A stretch of DNA of 64,000 nucleotides from Dehalococcoidia bacterium (GCA_965247895.1 OZ252046.1:3005282-3069281); one strand, 5' to 3'. Counted from the first letter of the stretch, positions 54,501-62,153 are shown. A program made the numbers and translations. The notes: a model not told the origin generated them from the sequence alone.

Positions 54501-55582
54501 CGCCAGCCGCACCGAAGACGCTTGGGGGCATCCCGGACGTCACGCTGAACGAAGGCAGCGAGGGGCGGGAGATCGAACTCGGGGACCACTTCGGCGGCGC
54601 GGTCGCGCGCTACGAGGCAGCGGCGGTTCCGGATGGCGTCGTGCATGTCTGGGAGTCGGGCGGGCGGCTCCGCTTCGCGCCGCTGGGAGCGGGCGCCGCG
54701 GCGGTGACGGTGACGGCGGCGAACGTCAGCGGCAGCGCCGAGCAGGTCGTCGCGGTCACGGTAGTGTCGGCTCCGCCACGGGTCCTCGGCAGCATCGAGG
54801 GCGTCACGCTGTCCGAGGGCGGCGAGGCGCGGGAGACCGAACTCGCGGACTACTTCGGCGGCACGGTTACGCACTACGAGGTGTCCGCGGTCCCGGATGG
54901 CGTCGTGCACCTCTGGCAGTCAGGCGGGCGGCTGACGCTCACCCCGCTGGCGGCAGGCGTCGCGACGGTCACGGTGACGGCGTCGAACGCCGCCGGCAGC
55001 GCCGAGCAGGTCGTCGTCGTTACGGTCGCGCCAGCCGCGCCGAGGGTGCTCGGCAGCATCGAGGGCGTCACGCTCGTCGAGGGCGGGGCCGCGCGGGAGC
55101 TCGATCTCGGTGACTACTTCGCCGGTGAGGTCGCGGGCTACGACGTTGCCACGGTCCCGGGCGCCATCGTGCACCTCTGGGAATCGGACGGGCGGCTCTG
55201 GCTCACGCCGCTGGTCGCAGGCGCCGCGACCGTCACCGTGACGGCGACGAACGTCGCCGGCAGCGCCGAACAGGCTGTCGCCGTCTTGGTCGCGCCGGCC
55301 GCGCCGAGGGTGCTCGGGGAGATCGCGGTCGGGGCGCTGGCCGAGGGCGGCGAGGCGCTGGCGTTCGAACTCACGGACTACTTCGGCGGAGTGGTCGCGC
55401 GCTACGAGGTGTCCGCGGACCCGGGTGGCGTGGTGCACGCCTGGGAGTCTGGTGGGCGGCTGGCGCTGACTCCGCTGGCGGCGGGCGTCGCCACGGTGAC
55501 GGTGACGGCGCTGAACGGGAGCGGCAGCGCCACGCAGGAGTTCGCCGTGACCGTGGATCTGCGGGCTGTGGATACCCCGTAG
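48587..55582 (+). CDS. Giant secreted protein made of about 26 tandem bacterial Ig-like (Big_2-like) domains
   Basis: ATG 48587 gives a signal peptide (MSTFQRAGFWSVPAAAAIVALAVLAVGAPVAQA). The repeat unit is ...VTVTAVAAGSATVTVTATN.GGSAEQSFAVTV. The ORF limit is TTG 48560. Confidence 0.85.
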   Translation: MSTFQRAGFWSVPAAAAIVALAVLAVGAPVAQAGDSSPHEPRTEVVLPRGSIAHHPLGTSDDQPAQVTPTPDDEIPDVALTLGGASHAVDVAGYFTDSVNGYSVSASPGDIVHTSRSGTVITIVALKIGSTTVTVTGRRLSGRERKRFTVTVLAMVSAPTATGSIDGVTLTEGATHDEDASDHFAGEGVTYGAESSDAGVASVEVSGAAVTVTAVAAGSATVTVTAANAGGSAEQSFAVTVLPPAPAAVDSIEAATLTEGATHAVTASDYFEGEGVTYTAESSDMEFATVAVSGVTVTVTAVAAGSAMVTVTATNTAGSAEQSFAVTVLPPAPTAVGSIEAATISEGETHEVTASDYFSGEGVTYGAGSSDAGVATVEVAGLAVTVTAIEVGGATVTVTATNTAGSAEQSFAVTVLPPAPTATGSIEAATISEGETHEVIASDYFEGEGVTYTAESSDSEVATVEVNGAAVTVTAVAAGNATVTVTATNSGGSAEQSFAVTVLPPAPATVGSIEAATITEGDTHEVVASGYFAGEGVAYAAESSDIGVAMVEVAGLAVTVTAVAAGSATVTVTATNTGGSAEQSFAVTVQLPPVTLTLGGAAQVIELSGHFGSGVTGYDVSVSAAGVVDASISGSQLTLTALAVGAATVTVGVTSAGERAEHQFAVSVTPPPPTTAGSISALTLSEREAHTLTASDYFAGEGVTYAAESSDTGVATVVVDGAVVTVTAVAVGEAAVTITATNAGGEAEQRFAVSVQLPVVTLVKGGAAKQIELANYFGQEVTAYEVAVSPNGIVHVSRSGSQLTLTGAEVGNATVTVTATSAGGSAEQSFAVTVLPPAPATVGSIEAATISEGETHEVVASDYFAGEGITNAAESSDIGVATVEVNGAAVTLTAVAVGSATVTVVATNAGGSAEQSFAVTVLPPAPAAVGSIEATTITEGGTHGVTASDYFAGEGVAYAAESSDIGVATVEVDGAAVTVTAVSAGSATVTVVATNAGGSAEQSFAVTVLPPAPTAVGSIEAATLTEGDTHLVTASDYFEGEGVAYGAESSDAGVASVEVSGAAVTVTAVAAGSAMVTVTATNSGGSAEQSFAVTVLPPAPTAVGSIEAATISEGGTHLVTAPDYFEGEGVAYGAESSDAGVASVEVNGEAVTVTAVAAGSATVTVTATNTGGSAEQSFAVTVLPPAPAAVGSIEAATLSRGATHEVIASDYFAGDGLMYAAASSDSEVATVAVDGAALTATAVAAGSATVTVTATNVGGSAEQAFAVTVLPPAPATVGSIEAATITEGGTHEVTASDYFEGEGVAYAAESSDAAVASVDVDVDGAVVTVTAVAVGSATVTVTATNAGGSAEQSFAVTVLPPAPVTVGSIEVAAITEGETHEVIASDYFEGEGATYAAESSDTGVATVEVDGAAVTVTAVAVGSATVTVTATNSGGSAEQAFAVTVLPPAPATVGSIEAAAITEGGSHEVIASDYFEGEGVAYAAESSDAGVASVAVSGAAVTVTAVAAGSATVTVTAANSGGSAEQSFAVTVLPPVPVTVGSTLSLTLTEGGDAHEIDLAHSFSGSVERYGVAATPGGIVHLWESGGRLTLTPLAAGSAMVTVTATNAGGSIESIFSVTVKSRSPRALGVIPLTRIIEGDIHLVEAAAHFDAEGATYTAQSSDAGVATVEVYGDVVAVTAVGAGFARITLTATDGIRSAQQDILVIVLPRAPKVLGSVADVALAEGETAPEIRLADYLDGKLVSYQVTAVPGGVVHVWESGGRLRLTALAAGTATVTVRAVNGSGSAGLSFEVTVRPQAPNALAGSQAVTLTVGAEAEEIELADHFSGMVARYEVQAVPGGVVHLWESGGRLALTPLSPGVARVTVTAANGSGSAGQDILVTVAPAAPVVLGAIPDAALIEGGAEHEVALADYFSGVIARYEAVAVPDDVVHVWESGGLLRLVPLGAGVATVTATAANVSGSAEQVFAVAVAPAAPKTLGGIPDVTLNEGSEGREIELGDHFGGAVARYEAAAVPDGVVHVWESGGRLRFAPLGAGAAAVTVTAANVSGSAEQVVAVTVVSAPPRVLGSIEGVTLSEGGEARETELADYFGGTVTHYEVSAVPDGVVHLWQSGGRLTLTPLAAGVATVTVTASNAAGSAEQVVVVTVAPAAPRVLGSIEGVTLVEGGAARELDLGDYFAGEVAGYDVATVPGAIVHLWESDGRLWLTPLVAGAATVTVTATNVAGSAEQAVAVLVAPAAPRVLGEIAVGALAEGGEALAFELTDYFGGVVARYEVSADPGGVVHAWESGGRLALTPLAAGVATVTVTALNGSGSATQEFAVTVDLRAVDTP
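48795..55555. repeat. In-frame 261-bp (87-aa) tandem array, about 26 units in two subfamilies
   Basis: GTGCTGCCGCC recurs at 49307, 49568, 49829 and 50090, exactly 261 bp apart. Subtype A (GSIEAAT..EG.TH.V.ASDYF.GEGV.Y.AESSD) dominates up to about 53190. Subtype B (..ARYEV.AVP.GVVH.WESGGRL.LTPLAAG) dominates after that. Confidence 0.9.
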
Positions 55583-55591
55583 AACCGGGGT

Positions 55592-56059
55592 CTACGAGGC
55601 AGCAGCCTCGCGGCGAGGCGGGGTGTCGATGCGCAGGCTGCGGCAGGCGATGCGCCAGCCCTCGGGCGTGCGGCGCCACTCGTCGCGGTAGATGCCGGTG
55701 GTCGAGGGGCGCGGGATCGCGTCGCCGGGGGCCTGCCTGGCGGAGAGCAGCATCGAGCGTGTGCGCGCGCTGTCTTCGCCGAGCTCGTCGAAGACGGTTC
55801 CGCTCTGGTTGTGGCGGGTCTGCTCACCCGGCGGGTGAGGGCGCAGGCCGGGCTCCTCGCCCGTGTGAGTGGCGCGCGCCCAGCGATGGATCGCCTCGCG
55901 GCCGTCGTTGTGGATCACCGGCTCGTCGCCGCTGGTGAAGACCTCGAACACCGCATCCTCGGTGAACAGCGCGGCGTAGGCGTCCGCGTCCTTCCCGTCC
56001 CAGGCGTAGGAGTAGCGCGCGATCTGATCGAGGATCGCCAGCCGGTCGTCGACGCTCAT
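55592..56059 (-). CDS. SnoaL-like / NTF2-superfamily protein
   Basis: I chose the ATG at 56059, which follows GGAGG. It starts MSVDDRLAILDQIARYSYAWDGKDADAYAALFTEDAVF. Confidence 0.75.
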   Translation of the reverse strand: MSVDDRLAILDQIARYSYAWDGKDADAYAALFTEDAVFEVFTSGDEPVIHNDGREAIHRWARATHTGEEPGLRPHPPGEQTRHNQSGTVFDELGEDSARTRSMLLSARQAPGDAIPRPSTTGIYRDEWRRTPEGWRIACRSLRIDTPPRREAAAS

Positions 56060-56184
56060 CACATCGCCTCCGCGCGACAGTCTAGCGCCTGCCCCCGTCG
56101 GCGCGGCCGATGCGCGCCCGCTATGCTCCCCGATGCGGGTGCGGCGCGCTGGCATTGGCGCGCGGGCGAAGCGAGGGGGACGCG

Positions 56185-56928
56185 ATGAGCGAGTTCGAGA
56201 GTCAGGTGGTGATCGTCACCGGTTCCGCGGGCGCCGGAGTCGGGCAGGCGACGGCGCGCCGCTTCGCAGCCGAGGGCGCCGAGGTCGTCGTGAGCGACCT
56301 GAGCGAAAAGCGCGTGCTCGGTGTAGCCGAGTCGCTTGCCGAGGAGCACGGCCGCGAGTACCTCGCGATCCCCTGCGACGTCTCCGACCAGGAGTCGGTC
56401 GCCGAGCTGATCGGGAAGACGATCGAGCGCTACGGCCGGATCGATCACCTGATCAACAACGCCTATCGCGACATGGAGACGCCGTTCCTGGAGATGGACG
56501 ACGTGACCTGGCACACGCCGATCAACGTCTGCCTGCACGGCACCTACTACTGCACCAAGGCGGCGGTCCCGCACATGATCGAGGCGGGCGGCGGCAATAT
56601 CGTCAACTTCGCCTCGGTAGTGACGTGGCGAGGCGGGCAGGGCCGCGCGCAGTACGCGGCGGCGAAGGCGGGGATCATCGCCTTCACGCGCGTGATCGCC
56701 CTCGAGCTGGGCGAGCACAACATCCGCGCGAACGTCGTCGCGCCCAGCTCCGTCTGGAACGAGTGGATGGGCCGCACGATGGGCACGACGCCCGAGGGCC
56801 ACGACGAGCACCCGCTCAACCGCTCGGCGATGCCGGACGAGCTGGCGAACGTCGTGCGCTTCCTCTGCAGCAAGGAGTCCGAGTACATCACCGGCGAGGT
56901 GATCTCGGTCGGCGGGCAGCGCCCGTAG
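56185..56928 (+). CDS. SDR family oxidoreductase
   Basis: It contains VTGSAGAGVGQA, NNAY and YAAAKAG. Confidence 0.85.
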   Translation: MSEFESQVVIVTGSAGAGVGQATARRFAAEGAEVVVSDLSEKRVLGVAESLAEEHGREYLAIPCDVSDQESVAELIGKTIERYGRIDHLINNAYRDMETPFLEMDDVTWHTPINVCLHGTYYCTKAAVPHMIEAGGGNIVNFASVVTWRGGQGRAQYAAAKAGIIAFTRVIALELGEHNIRANVVAPSSVWNEWMGRTMGTTPEGHDEHPLNRSAMPDELANVVRFLCSKESEYITGEVISVGGQRP

Positions 56929-57091
56929 GCCGGCCGCCGGCGGACGCCGCCGCGCGTTGACGCGCCGGAGCACCCTTCGTACGGTGACTCGCGGCTGACC
57001 GGGCCGCCGCAGTCGCACTGCGGCGGCGGCACGATCGAGGAGGCGAACTATCCCGCTGCATCCCCAGGGCCAGGCCTTTCTTGACGCATTC

Positions 57092-57994
57092 ATGGAGTTC
57101 GAAGCGGCGTTCCCGCCGTTCCCGGAGCGGGACCCCGCGCAGTGGCGCGACGCCCTCGCGGACGTGCTGGCGGCGGCGGAGAGCCTCGGACCGCCCGTGC
57201 ACGCCGAGGAGGACCGCACGATCCCCGGTCCGGGGGGCGAGCTACCGGTCCGCATCATGAAGCCCGGTCCCGGCGACTCCTACCCGCTGCTGGTCTGGTT
57301 CCACGGCGGTGGCTGGACGATCGGCAACCTCAACAGCGGCGTCGACGCGCAGCGCCTGCTCGCCAACGTCGCCAACTGCGTGATCGTCTCGGTCGACTAC
57401 CGGCTGGCGCCGGAGCACCCCTACCCGGCGCCGCTCGATGACTGCTACGCGGCGCTCGGGTGGGCCGTGGCGAACGCCGCGGACCTCGGGGCCAACGCCG
57501 GCCAGCTGGCCGTGGGCGGCGACAGCGCGGGCGGGAACCTCGCGGCGGTTGTCGCGCAGAAGGCGCGCGACGAGGGCGGCCCGGCGATCGGGTTCCAGTT
57601 GCTGGTCTGTCCCGTCACCGACAGCGACTTCGAGCGGCCCTCCTTCCACGAGTTCGGCGACCCGAAGTACCTGCTCTCGAGCGAGATGATGCAGTGGTTC
57701 TGGCGCTACTACGTGGGCGATGGCGACATGACGCACCCGCGCGTCGCGCCGCTGCGCGCGGAGAGCCTCGCGGGGCTGCCGCCCGCGCACGTCGTCATCG
57801 CCGGCTGCGACGTCCTGCGCGACGAGGGTCTGGCCTACGCCGAGCGGCTCGCCGAGGCCGGCGTCGATGTCGTGGTGACACACGAGGACGACCAGCCGCA
57901 CGACTACTGGCAGGCGCTGGGCATGATCGACGCCGCCGAGCGCGGCATCGCCGAGTCGGCGCGCCAGATGACGAGGGCGTTCCAGCAGGCCTGA
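57092..57994 (+). CDS. Alpha/beta hydrolase, hormone-sensitive-lipase-like esterase
   Basis: It has the HGGGW oxyanion motif and the GDSAGGNLA nucleophile elbow. Confidence 0.9.
   Translation: MEFEAAFPPFPERDPAQWRDALADVLAAAESLGPPVHAEEDRTIPGPGGELPVRIMKPGPGDSYPLLVWFHGGGWTIGNLNSGVDAQRLLANVANCVIVSVDYRLAPEHPYPAPLDDCYAALGWAVANAADLGANAGQLAVGGDSAGGNLAAVVAQKARDEGGPAIGFQLLVCPVTDSDFERPSFHEFGDPKYLLSSEMMQWFWRYYVGDGDMTHPRVAPLRAESLAGLPPAHVVIAGCDVLRDEGLAYAERLAEAGVDVVVTHEDDQPHDYWQALGMIDAAERGIAESARQMTRAFQQA
57966..57994. repeat. Direct repeat copy 1 (3' end of the esterase gene, ...GGGCGTTCCAGCAGGCCTGA)
   Basis: The 20-nt core at 57975-57994 is identical to 58955-58974. The flanking AGATGA is also shared. Confidence 0.85.
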
Positions 57995-58195
57995 TCGCCG
58001 GCCCGCTTGATGGCTTTACCCGCGCAGAACGGCAGCGGCAGCGGGTATCCTCGAACCCGCAAGGTGGTGACGCATGGCGACTGACGGCCGGGTTGGTCTC
58101 AGGTGACGGCGAGGCAGCGGGGTCTCGGCGAGCAGGCTCCTGGGTTGCTCAATCCTCGGTCTCTGTCCTGGGGCGCGCAGGTTGAGGGCCTCGGC

Positions 58196-58924
58196 ATGCT
58201 GCTGCTGGTGCTGGTGGTGGCCAGTCTGCTCTTCATGCTCGGACTCATGCTTTCTGTTGGCGTGATCTACGCGCCCGTCTCATCCCTGCCATTCAACCTC
58301 ACTCCGGCGCGTGAGGGCATCGAACTGGCAGTTATTCCACTGGCGGCGGTTGTGGCCGCAGTGCTGCCGCCTCCGGCTGACCGCATCAAGGCGCTTCGGA
58401 CCAGTCGCATCGGGCACTGGCTGCCACTACTGGCAGCCGTCGCGCTCGTGGCTCTCTTTCTCCTCATCGCCAGCTCCTGGTACATCACCAACACTGATAC
58501 GGTCGCCCGGGTCTGGCAGTTCTGCTTCTTCCTCGTGCGGGTACTGTGGGTGGTCCCTGCCACGGTCTTCACTTATGGCTTTGTGATGTTGTATCCGCGC
58601 CTTGGGGCAACGCTGGCTGGCGCGATCGGTGTGCCTGGGCTGTTTGGAGTAGTGGCGCTTGGCTTCCCTGAATCGCTGGTGCGCAGCCTTGAGGCTCATC
58701 ACGGGCGCCATCTCGCCCTCCCATGGCCGATGTCTACGGGACCCGAGGGTGTCTTCATGGTGACCGCTGGAGCCGCGGTCGCGGTTGCGCTCCTTGCCGC
58801 CGCGCTGCTCGCAGCCAGGTTCCGGGTCTGGCCGCGCACTCTGTGCTACGGGGTGGTCAGCGGCGCGATCATGCTCTACCTGGCCGTGTACGGATACGTG
58901 TTCGGGCTGGCCACCCTGGACTGA
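58196..58924 (+). CDS. Hypothetical polytopic membrane protein (6-7 TM)
   Basis: It sits inside the ~980-bp segment between the direct repeats. GC looks lower by eye. ATG 58196 follows GAGGG, and the ORF limit is 58103. Confidence 0.55.
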   Translation: MLLLVLVVASLLFMLGLMLSVGVIYAPVSSLPFNLTPAREGIELAVIPLAAVVAAVLPPPADRIKALRTSRIGHWLPLLAAVALVALFLLIASSWYITNTDTVARVWQFCFFLVRVLWVVPATVFTYGFVMLYPRLGATLAGAIGVPGLFGVVALGFPESLVRSLEAHHGRHLALPWPMSTGPEGVFMVTAGAAVAVALLAAALLAARFRVWPRTLCYGVVSGAIMLYLAVYGYVFGLATLD

Positions 58925-58945
58925 CGAGAGCCCCACCCGTCCGTG

Positions 58946-58974
58946 AGATGAGACGGGCGTTCCAGCAGGCCTGA
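58946..58974. repeat. Direct repeat copy 2 (orphan copy of the esterase 3' end including its TGA)
   Basis: See 57966..57994. Confidence 0.85.
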
Positions 58975-59059
58975 CGTCGGCCCTCGCGCGCTCGTCCGCG
59001 GGCTGCCGTCCGCGCTCCCGTATACTCTGCGCCGCTTGCGCGCGCCCGGGAGGTCTGCG

Positions 59060-59974
59060 ATGAAGGTCGGCGTCGGGATGTTCGTGACCGGCTACACGGT
59101 GGACGCCGTGACGTTCGCGCGCGCGGCCGAGGATCATGGCTTCGAGTCGATCTGGGTGCCGGACCATCCGGTGCTGCCGGTCAATCCGGAGACGCCGTAC
59201 CGGCGTCCCGGCCAGGCCATCCCCCAGCTCTACGGGGAGATGGCGGACCCGTTCGTGCTGCTCTCGTTCATCGCGGCGGTGACCTCGAAGGTGCGGCTCG
59301 GGACGGGCGTGACACTGCTCCCGGAGCGCCACCCGCTGACGCTGGCGAACACGATCGGCACCCTCGACAACTTCTCGAACGGGCGCGTCACGCTCGGCGT
59401 CGGCGCCGGCTGGCTGCGCGAGGAGATCGAGCTCTACGGCACGGACTTCGACGACCGCTGGGGCTACACGAACGAGTCGATCCTCGCGATGAAGAAGCTC
59501 TGGGAGCACGGCATCGCGAGCTTCGAGGGCAAGCGCGTGCGCTTCGGCGAGGTGCGCTGTGACCCGCTGCCGAAACAGCGCCCGCACCCGCCGGTGCTGA
59601 TCGGCGCCCCGGCCTCGGAGCGCACGTTCCGGCGCATCGCCCGCGTCGGCGACGGCTGGCTGCCGGTCATGGCGTCGCCCGAGGAGGTCGAGAACGGCCG
59701 GCGCGAGATCGAGCGCTGGTGCGGCGAGCTGGGACGCGACGCCTCGAAGATGGAGATCACCGTCTTCGCGATGGACGCGACGCCCGAGACGCAGCGCAGC
59801 TACGAGTCGGCGGGCGCCGATCGGCTCGTCGTCGGGGTGTACAACCACCCCGGTACGCCGCTGCCGTTCGAGCGCTGGGGAGAGGTTCGCGCGGCCGCAC
59901 TCGCGGGAGGACGGCCGCCGGCGGAGGAGACGATGCGCGTGCTCGCGAGCATCGCGGAGCATGCGCAGCTGTAG
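59060..59974 (+). CDS. LLM-class F420/flavin-dependent oxidoreductase
   Basis: ATG 59060 follows GGGAGG. It contains FESIWVPDHP and LGVGAGWLREE. Confidence 0.85.
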   Translation: MKVGVGMFVTGYTVDAVTFARAAEDHGFESIWVPDHPVLPVNPETPYRRPGQAIPQLYGEMADPFVLLSFIAAVTSKVRLGTGVTLLPERHPLTLANTIGTLDNFSNGRVTLGVGAGWLREEIELYGTDFDDRWGYTNESILAMKKLWEHGIASFEGKRVRFGEVRCDPLPKQRPHPPVLIGAPASERTFRRIARVGDGWLPVMASPEEVENGRREIERWCGELGRDASKMEITVFAMDATPETQRSYESAGADRLVVGVYNHPGTPLPFERWGEVRAAALAGGRPPAEETMRVLASIAEHAQL

Positions 59975-60006
59975 CGCCGGAGGGCGCTGAGGAGGAGGAG
60001 ATACGC

Positions 60007-60771
60007 GTGGGTGAGTTCGTCGGATATGAGGTCGAGAACCACGTAGCTACGATCACGTTCAACCGGCCGGAGCGGCTGAACGCGTTCAACGCGCAGATGG
60101 GCAACGAGTTCCGGCAGGCGCTGCTCGACTTCGACGAGAACGACGACGCCTGGGTGGCGATCATCACCGGCACCGGCCGCTCGTTCTGCGCCGGGCGCGA
60201 CATCAAGGCGCAGGTCGAGGCCGGCGAGGCGACCCTGCCGCGCTACTCCTACGAGTACAACATCTTCGGCGTCGTGGACACGGACAAGCCGATGATCGCC
60301 GCCGTCAACGGCTTCGCGATCGGCCTCGGCTGGTACATCACCGTGGGCTGCGACTTCCGCATCGCGGCGGATTCGGCGCAGTTCGGGATGGCGGAGATCC
60401 CGACGGGGCTGATGGGCCCGTACTGGTTCTCGGCCGTCGAGTCGCTGCCGTGGTGCATCGGCGCGGAGCTGACGCTGATCGGCGATCGCATCGACGCGCA
60501 GCGCGCCTACCAGTACGGCCTCGTCAACGAGGTGGTGGCGGACGACCGGCTGCTGGAGACCGCGCAGGGCTGGGCCGATCGCGTGCTCGCGCTGCCGCCG
60601 CAGCACGTCTACCGCACGAAGGCGCTGATGCGCTCGATGCGCAACATGCCGGACGCGCCGATGCTCGACCGTGAGGTCGAGGCGCGCACGCAGCTCAACG
60701 ACCTCGAGGACACGATGGAGGCGGCGGTCGCCTTCGCGGAGAAGCGCACGCCACAGTTCAAGGGACGCTGA
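60007..60771 (+). CDS. Enoyl-CoA hydratase/isomerase (crotonase) family protein
   Basis: GTG 60007 follows GAGGAGGAGGAG. It contains ITFNRPERLNAF and GTGRSFCAGRDIK. Confidence 0.9.
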   Translation: MGEFVGYEVENHVATITFNRPERLNAFNAQMGNEFRQALLDFDENDDAWVAIITGTGRSFCAGRDIKAQVEAGEATLPRYSYEYNIFGVVDTDKPMIAAVNGFAIGLGWYITVGCDFRIAADSAQFGMAEIPTGLMGPYWFSAVESLPWCIGAELTLIGDRIDAQRAYQYGLVNEVVADDRLLETAQGWADRVLALPPQHVYRTKALMRSMRNMPDAPMLDREVEARTQLNDLEDTMEAAVAFAEKRTPQFKGR

Positions 60772-60851
60772 CCAGGGACGCTAGCCGGGGCGCACCCGGA
60801 CGCGAACGGCAGACGAGCAGCGCAGGCGCGACCAGCGGAAAGGCGGTTGGC

Positions 60852-61664
60852 GTGGAGTACCGGGACATCACCTACGAGGTGCACGACAGCATCGCGACGA
60901 TCACGCTCAACCGCCCCGAGCGAATGAACTCGTTCAGCCCGCAACTGCTGACGAGCTGGTCCGCCGCGATCACCCGCGCCGCCGAGGATGAGAGCGTGCG
61001 CGTCGTCGTCGTCACCGGCGCGGGCCGCGCCTTCTGCGCCGGCGCCGACGTGAAGGCGCGCGCCGAGGAGAACGCGATCCTCGCCTCGGACGAGAACTGG
61101 ACGCCGGCGATGCGGCGCAACTCGCTGCGCTACAGCGTGCAGCGCGTGCCGCAGGCGCTGCAGTACCTGGACAAGCCCTACATCGCCGCGATCAACGGCG
61201 CGGCGGTCGGCGCCGGCATGGACATGTGCTCGATGGCGGACATCCGCATCGCCTCGGAGCAGGCGCGCTTCGGGATGGCCTACGTGAATGTCGGGCTGAT
61301 CCCCGGCGACGGCGGCGCCTGGCTGCTGCCTCGTCTGGTCGGCCTGCAGAAGGCGCTCGAGCTGATCTGGAGCGGCGATCTGTTCAGCGCGCAGGAGGCG
61401 CTCGACATCGGCTACGTCTCGCGGGTGGTCCCGCATGAGTCGCTGCTGGACGAGGTCTACGCGTACGCCGCGAAGCTCGCCTCCGGCCCGCCGATCACGA
61501 TGCAGATGGCGAAGCGGCTGGTCTACCGGGGCCTCAGCACCCCGTTCACCGAGGCGCTCGAGGCGGCCCAGGCAGCGATGACCGTCGTCCAGACCTCGGA
61601 CGACGCGGCCGAGGGCCCGAAGGCCTTCTCCGAGAAGCGCAAGCCCCTCTTCCAGGGCCGCTAA
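60852..61664 (+). CDS. Enoyl-CoA hydratase/isomerase (crotonase) family protein
   Basis: It contains ITLNRPERMNSF, TGAGRAFCAGADVK and AAINGAAVGAGMD. Confidence 0.9.
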   Translation: MEYRDITYEVHDSIATITLNRPERMNSFSPQLLTSWSAAITRAAEDESVRVVVVTGAGRAFCAGADVKARAEENAILASDENWTPAMRRNSLRYSVQRVPQALQYLDKPYIAAINGAAVGAGMDMCSMADIRIASEQARFGMAYVNVGLIPGDGGAWLLPRLVGLQKALELIWSGDLFSAQEALDIGYVSRVVPHESLLDEVYAYAAKLASGPPITMQMAKRLVYRGLSTPFTEALEAAQAAMTVVQTSDDAAEGPKAFSEKRKPLFQGR

Positions 61665-61783
61665 CGCCGTCCTCCCGGGGGCGGATGGGGCCGCCCCCGT
61701 CCCCTCTCCCTGGGGAGACCATTGCGAAACGCCTGCGGAACGGGGCGCAGCGCGCTTCGGGTATAAGGCGCGCGGGCTCCGGC

Positions 61784-61821
61784 TCCCTCGCCCCTTGCGG
61801 GAGAGGGCGGGGGTGAGGGGG
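61784..61821. repeat. GGGAGAGGG/GGTGAGGG hairpin repeat copy
   Basis: CTCCCTCGCCCCTTGCGGGAGAGGGCGGGGGTGAGGGGG. Compare 1203-1241. Confidence 0.8.
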
Positions 61822-61851
61822 CGCCGCGCGGCAGCGCGGCCAGCGAGGGCA

Positions 61852-61976
61852 CACGATGATCGGCGAACACGGTGGCTGGAGTCGCGTGGCTACAGGGTCC
61901 TGAGATTCTGGAACGAGGATGTGCTGCTGCGTCTGACCCCGTGCTCGAGGCGATCGCACTGGAACTCCGCGAGTGA
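61852..61976 (+). pseudogene. C-terminal fragment of a DUF559 (Vsr-like endonuclease) gene, frameshifted
   Basis: It contains RRTRWLESRGYRVLRFWNEDVL. The tail ..PVLEAIALELRE* is in another frame. Confidence 0.65.
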
Positions 61977-61987
61977 CCTCCGGAAGC

Positions 61988-62033
61988 CCCCTCACCCTAA
62001 CCCTCTCCCGCCAGGGGAGAGGGGATCAGAGGG
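61988..62033. repeat. GGGAGAGGG/GGTGAGGG hairpin repeat copy (opposite orientation)
   Basis: CCCCCTCACCCTAACCCTCTCCCGCCAGGGGAGAGGGGA. Compare 1141-1174. Confidence 0.8.
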
Positions 62034-62066
62034 CGCTGCGGCGCCGGAGCTGCCGCCCGGCGGCGC

Positions 62067-62153
62067 ATGCTGATGCGCCACGACCTCTACCACGCGGGCA
62101 AGATCAACCACCTGCGCGCGCTCGCGCAGGACAACGACGCCTGGGCCTGGTAA
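62067..62153 (+). pseudogene. Possible 3' remnant of a DinB-family gene
   Basis: MLMRHDLYHAGKINHLRALAQDNDAWAW* resembles the conserved DinB C-terminal helix (H..YH.GQI). Nothing upstream continues it. Confidence 0.4.

Noticed and set aside
48795-55555. A regular 261-bp periodicity that could be mistaken for a CRISPR-like or satellite array.
   Set aside because: There is no short-repeat/unique-spacer structure. The whole unit is repeated, stays in one open reading frame, and encodes Ig-like domains.
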